From Leptogorgia sarmentosa (lineage: Eukaryota), in NCBI GenBank assembly GCA_964658305.1, contig OZ210885.1, positions 1,860,001 through 1,924,000 on the forward strand: a stretch of DNA of 64,000 nucleotides, written 5' to 3'. Positions 12,944 to 25,675 of this stretch are shown piece after piece. The notes under the pieces were generated by a model. It worked only from the letters and a program-made list of their open reading frames with translations, was not told where the DNA came from and made no database searches. The stretch's first letter is position 1; every line of letters starts with the position of its first letter. The position numbers and the translations under genes are program-made.

Positions 12944-15900
12944 ATGGAGCTCATGTACACAGCACCAGACTATGGCGATAAAAGAGGAGTGATTTTCGTT
13001 GGTGCAAGAATCATTTCCCTGCTCTTCTTGATCCATTTTGGCTTAAGACAGGTCCACTGTGATGAACAAATCCCATTTTGTAAGGATCAGTTGGAAAAGC
13101 TCGAAAACGACGAGAAATCCTGGCGTAAAAGCTGTTTAGAAACTGGGGTGAATAATGCTGGAAGACTAGGGGGGAAGATAATTGATTCACCTTGCTGTGA
13201 AGCGGAAAGGAATTACCTTCGGGAAAGAAGATGTAAGCACTCCAAAATGTGCTTTTATAAAGGTAAGAATCTATAAAACTTTAAATTAATTTTTACTGTA
13301 GATGTGAGTGCTCGCGCGAACTATGCGAAGAAGGGCTTGGTCGCTTGGACTCTAGGATACTACGAACACGAGTGCGAAAGCTAAGTAGCGAATAACAAAT
13401 CGGTAATGTACATTTAGAAACGTGCCTTTTCTAGTACTTTTTATATAATACCTCATTACATTCAGGTCGTTTGATTGGTTAATTATGGTCACGTGATATT
13501 GAATAGAATTTTTAACAGTATTACATAATAACAAACAACCATCTGCCTATAAAGCTTTTTTTTCTAAGCATTGCATTTTAGCTACTTTACCTACATAGTA
13601 TTTAACCAAACTCAAACTTGTAAAAGTAGCTACAACGCAAATGACTGCTTTTAAAACACTCCGTATATAATATTTTGTTCGTTTTAACTTTTAAGATACA
13701 AGAGTTTTAATTACTCTCGCCAATTCTAAAAGAAGGAATTTCGTAGAATGGCTCATATTTCAAGGACAAAAAACGCAGTTGTATCGTTTCCAAAATCTTA
13801 AACATGCACGTAACTATACTAACCTTGTTTTTTTGTAATTCAAATGCTTATTACAACTAAGAAAGGCAACTCAGTTTTACAAGTGAAATGCCTTCACGAC
13901 GGTCCTCCATATTTTTGCGATCAGTGATGACCACCCTTACACCCTTGAACCATGACCCAAACTGGCGGTGAAATGACTTTCAACTCCGCTATGCTCTCCT
14001 TTACCCGGATGTAAATAGCCGTGCGGAATTATTATCCTCGCCCCGGGCTTAAGCCCGGAGCCCCGCGCCGTGGCTCGGGGATAGATCTTGTTTTTACTAT
14101 CATTATCATTATTCTTTATTATTTTATTATTTTAGGTTTCTATTCTGAAGCTTATCTATTGATGCGATCGCAGTCTGCGATCACTGCCATTGATCTGAAA
14201 ACTCTGAATGCAACTCATATTATCAGTGGACTCGGAGGCGAGGCGATGGATTTCAACACTATTGAAAATAAGTTATACTTTCAAGATGGTAATGGTATCT
14301 CTACGCTTAACCTGAATGAAGAGCGATGCGTGGAAGTTGTTGTAGAAAATGCATCCGCCTACAGCCTGGCAATCGACTGGTTAAAACGACGAGTATTTTG
14401 GGCAGACTACACCCAAAAGCAGATTTTTGTTGCAAATTTAGAGAAGAAAAAAAGATATGTGATAGTAAACACCACTGAAAAACCGTACAGCATAGCTTTG
14501 GATCCGCTAAACTGGTAATGTAACATTCATATCTGTTGAAAATGAAGGAGGCTATAGTCTGGCCATCTTTTCTTTTTAAAGTACAAAATGTTTTGACTGT
14601 TGAACGCTTTGTGATGTCTGTTTTAAAAGAACTGCTTTATGCCTTTATTTTGACGAATGTGTCATTTACCATCTCGGCCTGTCCGTTTCTGAGACTTCCA
14701 AAATGATTTTCAGGAAAAATATTTGCGAAAATAAACTTCCGTGATATATGATTATACACCCTGTATAATCGGAAACTTGCAGTTTATATTAGCTTAAAAA
14801 ATTCATCCTTTTTTAAGAAATGCTATAACCAATTGATTTACATAATTATAAACATTTTCGGCGGAGTTTAGATCAATAGTCACGTTATTTCAAACGAAAA
14901 ATACAAAATAGAATTGCTGACGTGTACATTATATGTTTGCTCGATTTCAGGCCCGCTCCCTGCATCACTAATCACAAGCATTTGCATAAAACTTGCATTT
15001 TTTAATCCACAGGCATCGTCCCTACTTGTTCTGGACAGAAGGAGGACGTGTGCAAAGAATGAATTTGGCAACTAATAAAACAGTGACTTTGGCAAACGAA
15101 AGAAATCCTGGAGCTGTTTCATTGGACAAAATCAACAAACGAGTGTACTGGCAGGACGAGAATCGTGGTATTTCCTCCATCTGTTATGACGGCCAAAAAA
15201 ACATGACTGTTAGAAATGGATCATTCAACAGGCGTTTGCTTGGCATATTTGCAGGTTCAGCGTATTGTCAGGAAGCGAATGTTCCTTACATCAACCAGAT
15301 GGATATATCAAGCGGGAACATATCTCACAGCCATAAGTTGAACGAGACTGCTTTCATCGACCTGGTTGTTGTCCATAACTCTCTACAGCCAATGACGACA
15401 AGAGGTGAGTTGAAAGATAATAGCATTATTCGTGATTTACCGAAACTCCGTGCAAAAAATTATAAACAGTATACAAACAATTAACTTTGTTTCAAAGGAC
15501 TTCGTTTCAAGGTCAAAACGCAACGACTAAACGCGACGGGAAAGAATCTTAAATATACACTGAAAATACCTTAGTCTGCAGGTTAATTAAAGGTTTAAAC
15601 ATGATTTGTCTACACAGGTCGTTAATGTAAATGCTAATTAACAAGCGTCCGAGTATGCTTCCTTGTGGTATCCCATGCTTTCGTCACTTCTTGAGTATCC
15701 GAGAGTGTAGAGTTAATACGGACTGTTTGGCGCCGATTTCAAGGTAACTCGTGAACCATTTTAATGCGGTACTAGACGCCCCTATAGCGTCAAGCTTACG
15801 GATCGATGATGATCGCTGTCGCTAGCATTAGTGATAGGTAAAACCTCGGCCTTTTTCCACCTGCTTGAATAAACTTGGCTGGTGAAAGATGTATTTATGA

Positions 15901-16466
15901 TGGACGTTAAAGTGTTAAAATTGCTGGTAGATAATCATTGATGACTCTTAAGGGAATCTTGTCTGACCCAGGCGATTTCCCTAAAGGCATCTTAATAATT
16001 ATAGACTATAGACATACTTAGTTCGACAATCCCAATCACGCGATATTAGGGGGGTTAAGACCCCCTAAAAAACGTGTCCAACGGGTTAAGTTCCCCTTGG
16101 ACAGTTCCTGAAATTGAACACAGTACGTATAGTTATACATTCAGTCTATATTGTCTGGATACTTCAGTTATCACTATATCAACTTGATAGTGATAACTGA
16201 GAGCGCTTCACCCACACAACCATAACTATGTGCTAACTAAATTCAAATTAGGAATGTGCTGAAGTGCATGTTTTAATAATGCGATCTTGTGTACACGTGT
16301 ATTGCCCAAGAAGAAAGAGTTGATTGAATTTTAGTCGAATTTATCGACGGGTATCAACTGAAAGATTTACGAAATTAAACTTTTGTAGCTTTACTTTTGA
16401 ATACGTAATGGCTGATATCATGAAAGTTTGATTAGGTATAAGATGGGGCGTGGAAAACTTACTGCT

Positions 16467-16505
<39 letters not shown>

Positions 16506-18041
16506 TGGGGGGTATGCAGTCCGCGATTGCCCTGTAGTTATTTATGATTTCTGTCAGTTGTTTTGTTTTATACGAAAATAGAACTTGTATTTTTGCAAAG
16601 TCGATCAATAGTATGTTTTTATTAACAATCGTATGATGTCACGACTTGTGTAATACGTACTTTTGGTATTCAACATAGAATGTTTATGTTATAATATAGG
16701 ATAATATAGGCCCGTTTCATACGTCGAATTTCCGTCACATCGAATGCAATTCAAAACAATAGATAATGAAATAACTTACCTAATTTTCCGTTGTTTGAAT
16801 TGCTTTCGACGCGACGAAAACTCGATGTCCTAAACGAGCCATTATGAACAGTTATTCTTCCAAGTAATCGCACTCAAAAGGTTGTATGCCCCCCTCTCTC
16901 TGGCGACACTACGCAACATGACACAGCACTACACAACACAAAACAATGCTAAAAACAGAACATAGGGTAATGTAAACAACCATGACATCTCTCTCTCCTT
17001 TATTACAGATGACTGGCCAACAATCCCTGGTAATCCCATGCAAATTGACACTGGATTAACTACAGCAGTTTGGGGTGTGAACAGTTCTGGTGCCGTCTAT
17101 CGTTTAAGACGCAATATATCGACTTGGAGACAAATCCCAGGGGCGCGGCTCAAACATGTTTCAGCTGGCGAAGCAGGGATTTGGGGAGTTGACAAATCTA
17201 ATAGGGTTTTTTATAGAGTCGGTGTGAATGATAGCAATCCAGACGGGACATCGTGGAAAGAAATACTGGGCAAACCACTGAAACAAATTGATTCCGGCCC
17301 AAATGGTATTGTATTTGGTGTTGCTGGCGATAATAGAATCTACTGTCGTACAGGAATCGAGGATGGTAACCCCTTTGGAACACAGTGGCAGAGCATATTT
17401 GGCAGACTAAAGTACATCAGCTGTGGCGTTCTGGTTTGTTGGGGTGTAACAGAACATGACGCTGTATGGTATCTTTCTGGGGTAACCAGGGAAAATTGCG
17501 CTAGTTCAACATGGTTCAAGGTATCTGGAAGTCTCAAGCAGATAGAAGTTGGTGCAGCTGGTGATGTATATGGCATCAATTCTACAGGACAAGTGTTGCG
17601 TCGTACGGGCATCTCCAATTCAAGCCGCACTGGCGACGGCTGGCAAATGATACAGCAGAATGGTTCTCACATCACAACAGGTCTAAATGGACAGTATCTG
17701 TTGGCCAGTAATGGTCAAATACACTATTTTCCAAGTGGTGGGTACATAAATGAAATCCCAGCCCGGCCTGAAATTTCTCCATGTAAACAGCCCCTAAATA
17801 AGGTATGGTGTTGAGCTTATGTGAAATAACATTCCATATGTGTTTGTTCGCTTTTTCTTTAACAATCAGGAATTGCTTTTTTGCGCGCGTTTGGTCAATT
17901 AGCATAGGTTTAATCGACCCGATAAAAAGCTGTATAAATGTAGCTGAAGATAGCGCGATAAGAAATCCAGGATTTAACATCTATTTAAATTAAAACAAAC
18001 GACCTAATTCAACTATTTTCGTTTTTATAGAAAAATTTTAA
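12944..18041 (+). CDS. Secreted protein (~609 aa): hydrophobic N-terminus and Cys-containing segment, LDLR class B (YWTD) beta-propeller, six-bladed tectonin/tachylectin-1-like beta-propeller lectin
   Basis: Exons 12944-13262, 14136-14514, 15013-15404, 17009-17737, 18031-18041 (phases 1,2,1,1; 1830 nt). YWTD-type motifs LYFQD, LAIDW..RRVFWAD, IALDP..YLFWTE, RVYWQD, VVH..QP. Tectonin repeats W-x2-I-x-G-x-LK-x-I-x2-G-x3-VWGV, six copies. The last junction is the least certain. Confidence 0.8.
16468..16504. repeat. (GT)n microsatellite
   Basis: About 18 uninterrupted GT units in an intron. Confidence 0.95.
16709..16840. mobile_element. Short fold-back MITE
   Basis: Left arm ggcccgtttcatacgtcgaatttccgtcacatcgaatgcaattcaaa matches the reverse complement of the right arm (ggctcgtttaggacatcgagttttcgtcgcgtcgaaagcaattcaaa). 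Confidence 0.65.
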
Positions 18042-18295
18042 AGTTGATGCTGCAGAATGACCTGATGTTAATTTAAATTAACACAGTAATTTCAGAGCTG
18101 CGATGAAATAATTAGCAGCTATAGATTGAACGTTTTATAAAGCAATAACTTTAATGTTCTACAAGAACATACGTTTATTGACTTTTTACTTTATTATTAA
18201 ATATTAGAATAAATAGAAATAAAATTTTGAAGAACATGTACTGATTTGTTTGCTTATTTTCATTAATTTATTTAAATTGACATTGGCAATTTTTT
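17801..18295 (+). repeat. Copy B of the lectin-gene 3' block; supplies a terminal exon at 18031-18041 and AATAAA at ~18208
   Basis: Aligns with 8645-9145 with small indels. Confidence 0.9.
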
Positions 18296-18660
18296 TCCTT
18301 CAGACCATCTATAGTAAATGGTTTTTACCATATCTCGTCTGATTGCGCTTATAGGCAGCTCCACCTGCTTTAAATAATTGCAACATTCAGTAAAGGAAGC
18401 GGCAATTGGCTCAAATCCAAGCAGTTTTGGTGAAAACAAATGCATTTATTATAAGGTCATACTGAGCCTTGTAGTAAAGCACGTATACATATATTATGCA
18501 CTGTGAAGTAATACGATTTTCTTTCAATTGGCATTTGGATCACCTGGGAAACATTTCAAGCATGAAGATTTTTTCATTTTTATTTTAATGTCAAATGTTG
18601 TACACATGCAGGCAAATCTTTAAGCTTCTAGCTATAATTATTTCTTACAAACATAAGCGT

Positions 18661-19599
18661 CTACGAGCTCCTGGAAGAAAAGCAATTCAGATTATGGAGA
18701 GCTTCATTTCTAAGTTGCGTTTTTGTCCAGAAAAATATCAAAGAATTAGCGCTCGAATTAAAAATGTATATACACCAGAGCAAATACTCTTGGTACTCAA
18801 GGCTTTCAACTTTAAAAAGGACGGATCCTAGTGTTAATGGTAGGAGCGAGATACCAAAACAAATCACGACGAGAAAACAGGATTTTGCATGTTTGCAGTC
18901 ACGAAAACGTGCTTCCGCGCTAAATTCTGATTTTCAACGCATACAGACCCAGGTCTTTTTTCAGAACGAACAAGCTTTCGAATCAAACGATAAATTTTTG
19001 TGTAAATAAATACTGTTATAAAAACAAATACTGGTATAATCCCGGTGCAAAAATTCCGAAATATTCTTCGATCCAAGGAAGAGAAAAAACATCGAGATAA
19101 AGATTACAGCACCGACAAGTACAAAGACGAAAATTCGCTTTTTCGTCACTTTAGTTTTGTAAGAAAACGGATGAAATATGGCGATGTATCTTTCAAATGT
19201 CATCACAGATAATGTTATTATTGATATTCCACAAGGAATAAATGTTGTTCCATAAGCTACAACGACGAAAGTGCAATTGATGGTATATAAAAATGGAGTA
19301 AGTATACAGTAAATGAATACAGGTATGCTCAAAATCCCAACTCCCAAGTCAACAACAGATTGGATAAGTACAACGAAGTAACAAATTTTCTTTTTGAGCT
19401 GAGAGGATTTTCTTATTGCCATAACTGAGACAGCGTTTAATAATATGGTTGACAACAGCAGAAGACAGTTTGTTGCAATCATAGCAATCCGTGCGCCTTT
19501 GTATATTTTGTTTGGAAGCTCTCTAGTAATCTCGTAAGTACTTTGACCAATTCTACAGCTTTTCACCAGAAATGTCAAATTTCCTTCCTGGCGATCCAT
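18661..19599 (-). pseudogene. Intronless rhodopsin-like (class A) GPCR with two frameshifts (pseudogene or assembly indels)
   Basis: TM1 (LLN), TM2 (QSVVDLGVG), TM3 (MTFERYIAIFHPF), TM4 in ORF 18961-19608; TM5 (FIYTKIY) in ORF 18864-19076; TM6 (KHAKSCFLVVICF..SLLP) and TM7 (NSSANSLIFFW..LR) in ORF 18661-18867. Shifts fall near 19085 and 18905, both in T runs. Confidence 0.85.
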
Positions 19600-21187
19600 T
19601 ATCGACACTACTTTTTGTTCTCGTGATATTCAACACAACAACTCCTAAAAACATAAGACTTTGATTCTGTATACGCTATATCGTTAAGACATAATAATTT
19701 GACACATTGACGTGCTATTTATGAAATGATAATTTTAATTGTTTAAAAAAAAATGTTTATATGATCGAAAAAACCTTGTTTATATAATATGAAAATGCTT
19801 TTACAAATATAGCCATTATAATTTATAATATTGTTTATATATGAAACGTCAATAGCTAATATGGGGACTATAGTTCCTAAACGCAATAAGGGGAAACTTT
19901 CTATCGCTAAGCAGGTAAATTATAACAGGTGGTTGAGGTTCCCATAACCTTTTGCTTTCGAAATTACAGATCGATACAGTGCGTTTGCCGGGATAATCGT
20001 GCAAACGTATATGCATCTCTTAAAAGAAATAGACTCATAAGCAAATAATTATTATAGTTAAAATAATAAGCACAAATCGTTTATTTATAAACTTAGTTAC
20101 TTATTGCTCGCTTAAAAACAAAATTTACGTCTTCAAACGATATAAAACTTAATAGAAAGATTTGATTGTCGAGAAAGCAATACTGAAGTTCGCTAAAGTG
20201 CAAAGAGGGAAATGTGGTGTATGTTACCATCTCATTTGCCGAACGATGTGGATCACAATAATCTTGGGAAAGAAAAGTTTTTTTAGTTGTCTGTCTTTAG
20301 TGTTCACTCTAATGGTCCTCGTAGTCCGCCATTCTTCGAGAGAGTGATAACTCGTGCATGCGCATAACGTCGAAAACCGCCGGAAGTGCAACCTCCATGA
20401 CACGGAGCATGATTTAGCATTGCATTTATTTAGCGCGTTCACCCTGGTTCAAATGCACTCAAGCGGAATTAATGATCACACTGAGCCGCGGGCTTTTTGC
20501 ACGGAAAAGCACTCCATGCCGTTCCCTTTGGGATGAATGGTTTACTGCACAAACAAATATACCTCTGTTACGGCTGTGATATGCCTAGTGTTTGTCCCTC
20601 CCGTAAATTATTCAGTTCTTAGTGTTGGTATTTTTAACGTACAGTATTGAAAATGTGATGCATATATAAAATTAGTATGATAGCAAAACAATTGTATTCG
20701 GTAAAGTCTTCAATTTTCAACTTCATAATTATGGACATTAAGACTCAAAAGCAGCTGTTAATTTCATTCCCTGCAGTACTTTCTAAACGTATACACTAAC
20801 ACACATATATGATATTCATTCAGTAACATAGCCGGCGTCGATATAGCGTTAGCGTTGGTAATATCGATATTATTTTATGCCGCATTATTAATTTTTTTTG
20901 AAGCTGTTGTTTTTAATTAAGGCCTTGGAACAAAAATCTGTTTTGAAATATTCGCCAGCTCAATTATCGACGCTTGCTAAACCGAACATTTTGTGTTCAG
21001 AATGACATTGCTGGGTTTTTTCTACTCTTATATCGCACTATTCATTTCAAAATTATCCAGGTGATTTTTTTTTGGCAAATGAAAAATAGAAAATCCAGAG
21101 GTCCTAAAAGACTACTTCACATGCATCATAAATAGTTCATCTATTCAGCATCTATAATAGCGAAGCCTGCGAAGGCGAATATTCATA

Positions 21188-23110
21188 TCTCACACTTTAT
21201 ATAAAAAGTCAATTTCAATTTCGAATGAAATTGATATTACAGTTTCCTTCCTATAAATTATCGGCGCTGTGTTACCATTTGCAATAATAGCTAATGCAGT
21301 GAAACATGTTCATATTATTTTTTTAGCTCTCAGAAATCAGTTTTACACAAATCTTCAAATCAAATCTTCTTTCCCTCATTCCCGTGAATCTTGAAACGTT
21401 AACAATAAGGCATCGACTAGAATGACTCTCACACAATTAGCTATATTAATACTTTAACTCTCGCTAGATCATGGAAAACTGTACTGTGTCAAATTATTAC
21501 CGCAGTTAGTCACAAATGTAAACTGTAATGTAATTATACTTCTCTTAATGAAAGGAATATATTGTGCAGACATTGACAATTCTTGTTATATTTTTCTACC
21601 TTTCTATTTTTCTTATGTTTGTTTGGCTGTAATATTAGAGTATTATAATAATTAATGTACATTTTTAATTCTTAGTCTTACGAATTATCTTTTACTATTA
21701 TTTTTTTCGTTCAGTAAATAAAAGGATATAAATTAATTATTGACTTTTTATTGCTACCGTTTACATGGCTTATGAAAACATTTTTCTATAACTATAAAAT
21801 ACGCATTCATATAAAAACGTTCAAATGTCTACATCTGCAATTTTATCTTATTATTTAATTGAGATGGAAAGCCACGCTACTTGAAACAATATTATTTTTA
21901 TATTTTCACAATCATCAATCTATTTTTTTCTACACAACAATATCATGAAACGCTTTTATTTACGCATGTATTTATGTGGGCAATGATGGGCATACATATA
22001 GTAGCTAGATCTAGCTTGGATAAATTCCGCATTTAGAAAAATAAGTTTCCAAATACTCTAGCTAGATCCGTTCCCAGGAACATAAACGGCGGGATGTAGC
22101 TACGTAAGCCTACTATTTAATCCAAAACGCGTCATTTTATTGCATTTTTATGCGATGAAAATCTAGATAGCTAACCAAATTCGTCCAGGTTGATATTACT
22201 TATAGGACGAGAGTTTTAGGCAAGCCATACACAGCAAAAAGTGAAGTTAACATGTTATTTAGTACCTGGCTGACATTCTAAAATTAATGACATATATAAG
22301 GTTACTTAATATATACAACTCGTACCTTGCTGGCAGCTGATATTTCTTTGGCGAGCGTATACAACAAATACAATTCCTAAAACGATATCAATTTTAATAT
22401 CGCAATAGATTAACGGTCAAGTACGAAATAATTTTTTTTCAAATTTCGTTTGAAAATCCATCAAAGTACCTCATAAATGATTCAGTTGTAATAAATGCTA
22501 TCGGCGTTGTGCTCTTCAAGTGTTCTTCCTGCGAGTATATGAGGATTGATCAGGTGACAGACTTAATATAACGTCATTGTCATGTGATTGAACGCCAGGC
22601 GTATGATTTGGACGGCAGTGAATTAAATCGTGATTTTCTGTTAAGTAGCTATAATTTTGAAAAACCACTGTAGATACAAAATTATTTGCTGCAAAATTTC
22701 CTGTCAAGTTCATTTATGTATTGGTTTCTCACACTTTATACAAAAAATCAATTTAGAAAGAAATTATTGATATTACACTACAGGACACAATAGCTATATT
22801 GTATAATTATAAATATTCGCAACTAACTATTTACCGGCGCTGTCCATGGCACTGTATGCATACATTTACAATAATAATGCAGTGAAACATTTTTAAATGT
22901 TTAATATTAAAATATTGTCGACTCTGATAACAGAATTTCGCAAATGGCTTTATTTCTTTCCCTTCTATGTCTTGACTAATCTTGGTAACGTGTTAACCAC
23001 GTCAGCAATGCATCAACCTAAATTATTCTCACATATGAGTATAATTATTCACTTGAACTCCCGTAAGATTATGGAAAAACTCGCCTCAAATGACTCAAAT
23101 TATTACCGCA
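21188..23110. repeat. Older, diverged direct duplication (~21188-21505 vs ~22728-23110)
   Basis: Colinear shared motifs tctcacactttata, ttgatattaca, cggcgctgt, aatgcagtgaaacat, atggaaaa, caaattattaccgca. Confidence 0.55.
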
Positions 23111-25675
23111 CATGCGCTCTTGTTAATAAAAGAAACGCTGAATATTACTTCTTCGCGGTCAACATTTTGTTTTGTAAAAAGAAATTGAAAAATTGTTCGT
23201 AAATTTTCTTGTTAAATATGAATATTTATCAGTTATTCACCTGGAAAGAAGGGTTGATTGGTTGTAAAGCTTTATTTGCATGACCTACTTACAGTTATTG
23301 CTAAACCATATTCGCAATATTACAATAAAGGTAAGGGTTAGATGTAACATAACAATAACAGGGATTAGTAATATCATGTCTCTATAAAGTCTTGTTAGAA
23401 CATGCAATTTTTAGCATAAAGATTTCTATAGCATGCAATCAAAAGTGAAAATTACTTTGGTTGGATTTGAGATTATCTTCTCCCTTAGCAAAACATTTTG
23501 TAATTAATTCAGAGAAAAGATTAATTTCATCTCTGACGTTTTTGTCGGCCATGTTGCCCAGGAAATTGCCCGCTCAGGCAGGCAAGGCCGGGAGGGTAAT
23601 TTTTCAGGTCAAAGGTCAGGTCGAGGAATATAAAGTGGAATTATCCTCTTAATTCGCCGCTCAGTTATAAAAACCTAGTGTTCATTTCCTCTACAATAAA
23701 GGGTTTGTGATTACAAAAATGGTAATTAGAGACAGGTGGGATTGTGCAAATATTAGTGTCATTGAAACTGAATAATTTATTGTTATATTTTTTCTTGACA
23801 TTTTTGAGGGAAAGGCGTATATACGCGGATGCTACATATTCAACGCAAGACAGTATAGCCATAGTTTGTAACTTGGTAACAGTGTACAAGCGATTGGGGA
23901 AATCAGAAACAGAAGATGAAACACCGAAAGGTAACAAATCAATCTAATGATAATAATTTATATTGTGTAACGTAAGAAGAAAGATATCCTTGTCAAACAT
24001 CAGCTGATTTGCTCCGTACATTTGTCCATCGCTTGAAACATTTCACTGCGACAACATGTGAATCGGAATTATACAATAATATACTGTCGAATTTTGTTTT
24101 TTTAAACAGAAAATTTCAAATGTTGTTTATCTTTTCAATACTACGTACATATGAATTTGGTAAGAGGATAATTTCAAACTGACAGGACTAAAAATGTCCG
24201 TTTCACAGTAAAAAATTTCATTTTTATTCATATTATGTGAAATTGAATTTCTACTTCTCATGACTAAAAGATGTTTTAAGAGATGTCAGGATTCGGAAAG
24301 TTTTTGGAAAATTTTTTATCGCCATAACTTTGAACAAAGAATTGTGTGAGCTAGTGTGCCTAACGGTAATGATATATTCAAATTTAGTGCAGCGAGACTA
24401 AATGTGTATTTTGAAGCATCCATTCCAGATGAATGCGACAAGTATAAGTAGCTATCTCATAGATGTAGTATAATTATATATAATTATACCGCGCATATAG
24501 CTACATGTTTGCTGTTTGCTGATAACAAAACGGGTACTGATGAAAGATATCATCAATATTTCTACAACAGCATTCAAGGTACATAACTTTGAGAATATAT
24601 AGATAGGTTTTGAGGCGGCGATGTGGCTAATTCGAGATGTTATTACAATTTTTCTATGAATCCCAGCAAGACATTGCACGTGCACCTGTTTAATTTGCCT
24701 TTTTGTTCCCGCTTGTCTACTACTGTTTTGTTTTGATTAAATACCGATGTCATGATGGAGCTTTTATCCGGAGTATGTGTCTCTTTTCCTGCTTCCTATA
24801 ATTAAGTTTCTCTTGAAACGATACTTTTGAAACAATCGGAAGTAACACGAGCAATATCCTTCAAGGAATGGTCGAAAAACGTTAGTTAAATACACTGGAC
24901 TTCCCGCCCCCTGTTGCGAGACTCAAATTAAGAAGTCGGCCGTTATAGTATAACGTAATGAATTTCAATCAAACAACTCTCTTAGCAGCAGGATAACGTA
25001 ACCTTTATAATTGGTTATTTTTCTTTTCGCCGTTGCCAAAACTAAGGCATGTCTTAGCTAATAAATTTCAAAACTGGCGATTTTATGTGTGCTTGTACAG
25101 TCTTCCAAATTTTATGGAGATCTTTTATTGCCCCATATTTAGCTACGTTTACTGAATTATGTTACGGTGAAATATGACTAATATCAATGTTAGTAGTATT
25201 TATAATTATGCAGCTAAACAAATTTGGAAAACGGTTGCAGGTGTAAACTCAAAACATAAAGGATTAATGGAGTATAGGCTACAATAATTTTTAAGCTTGT
25301 AGTTAAATAATGTTATAGCTATTTCTAAGTGAATTAATGTGTTGGTAGGGAGATATATTCGATGCTTCTACGCTTACAGTCTATGATTTGCCATATTCTT
25401 CGCTGAAGTATTTTTATCGTGTTAATTGCAATTACTGTATGTAAACATTTTCGTTTAATTTAATGTAATTTTCCCTCCAAGTTTTTAGTACTGAATTTCT
25501 ATTTGTACGATTGCCACTTGGCCAACACGGCCTATTAAACAACAACTTATCCTCACAATGACATGTACCCTGAAGTAAATTATTGATTGATAATACTATC
25601 ACAAATAGCTTCTAAAAAATGTTTCATGAAGTTATAAAAATTTATTCTTTGTTACAGGTTGTTTTGTTGCATTTG

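Noticed and set aside
23744..23947. ORF ending at a donor-like AAAG|GTAACA (23930)
   Set aside because: Could be a non-coding first exon of GON copy 1, but nothing in the sequence supports coding or linkage.
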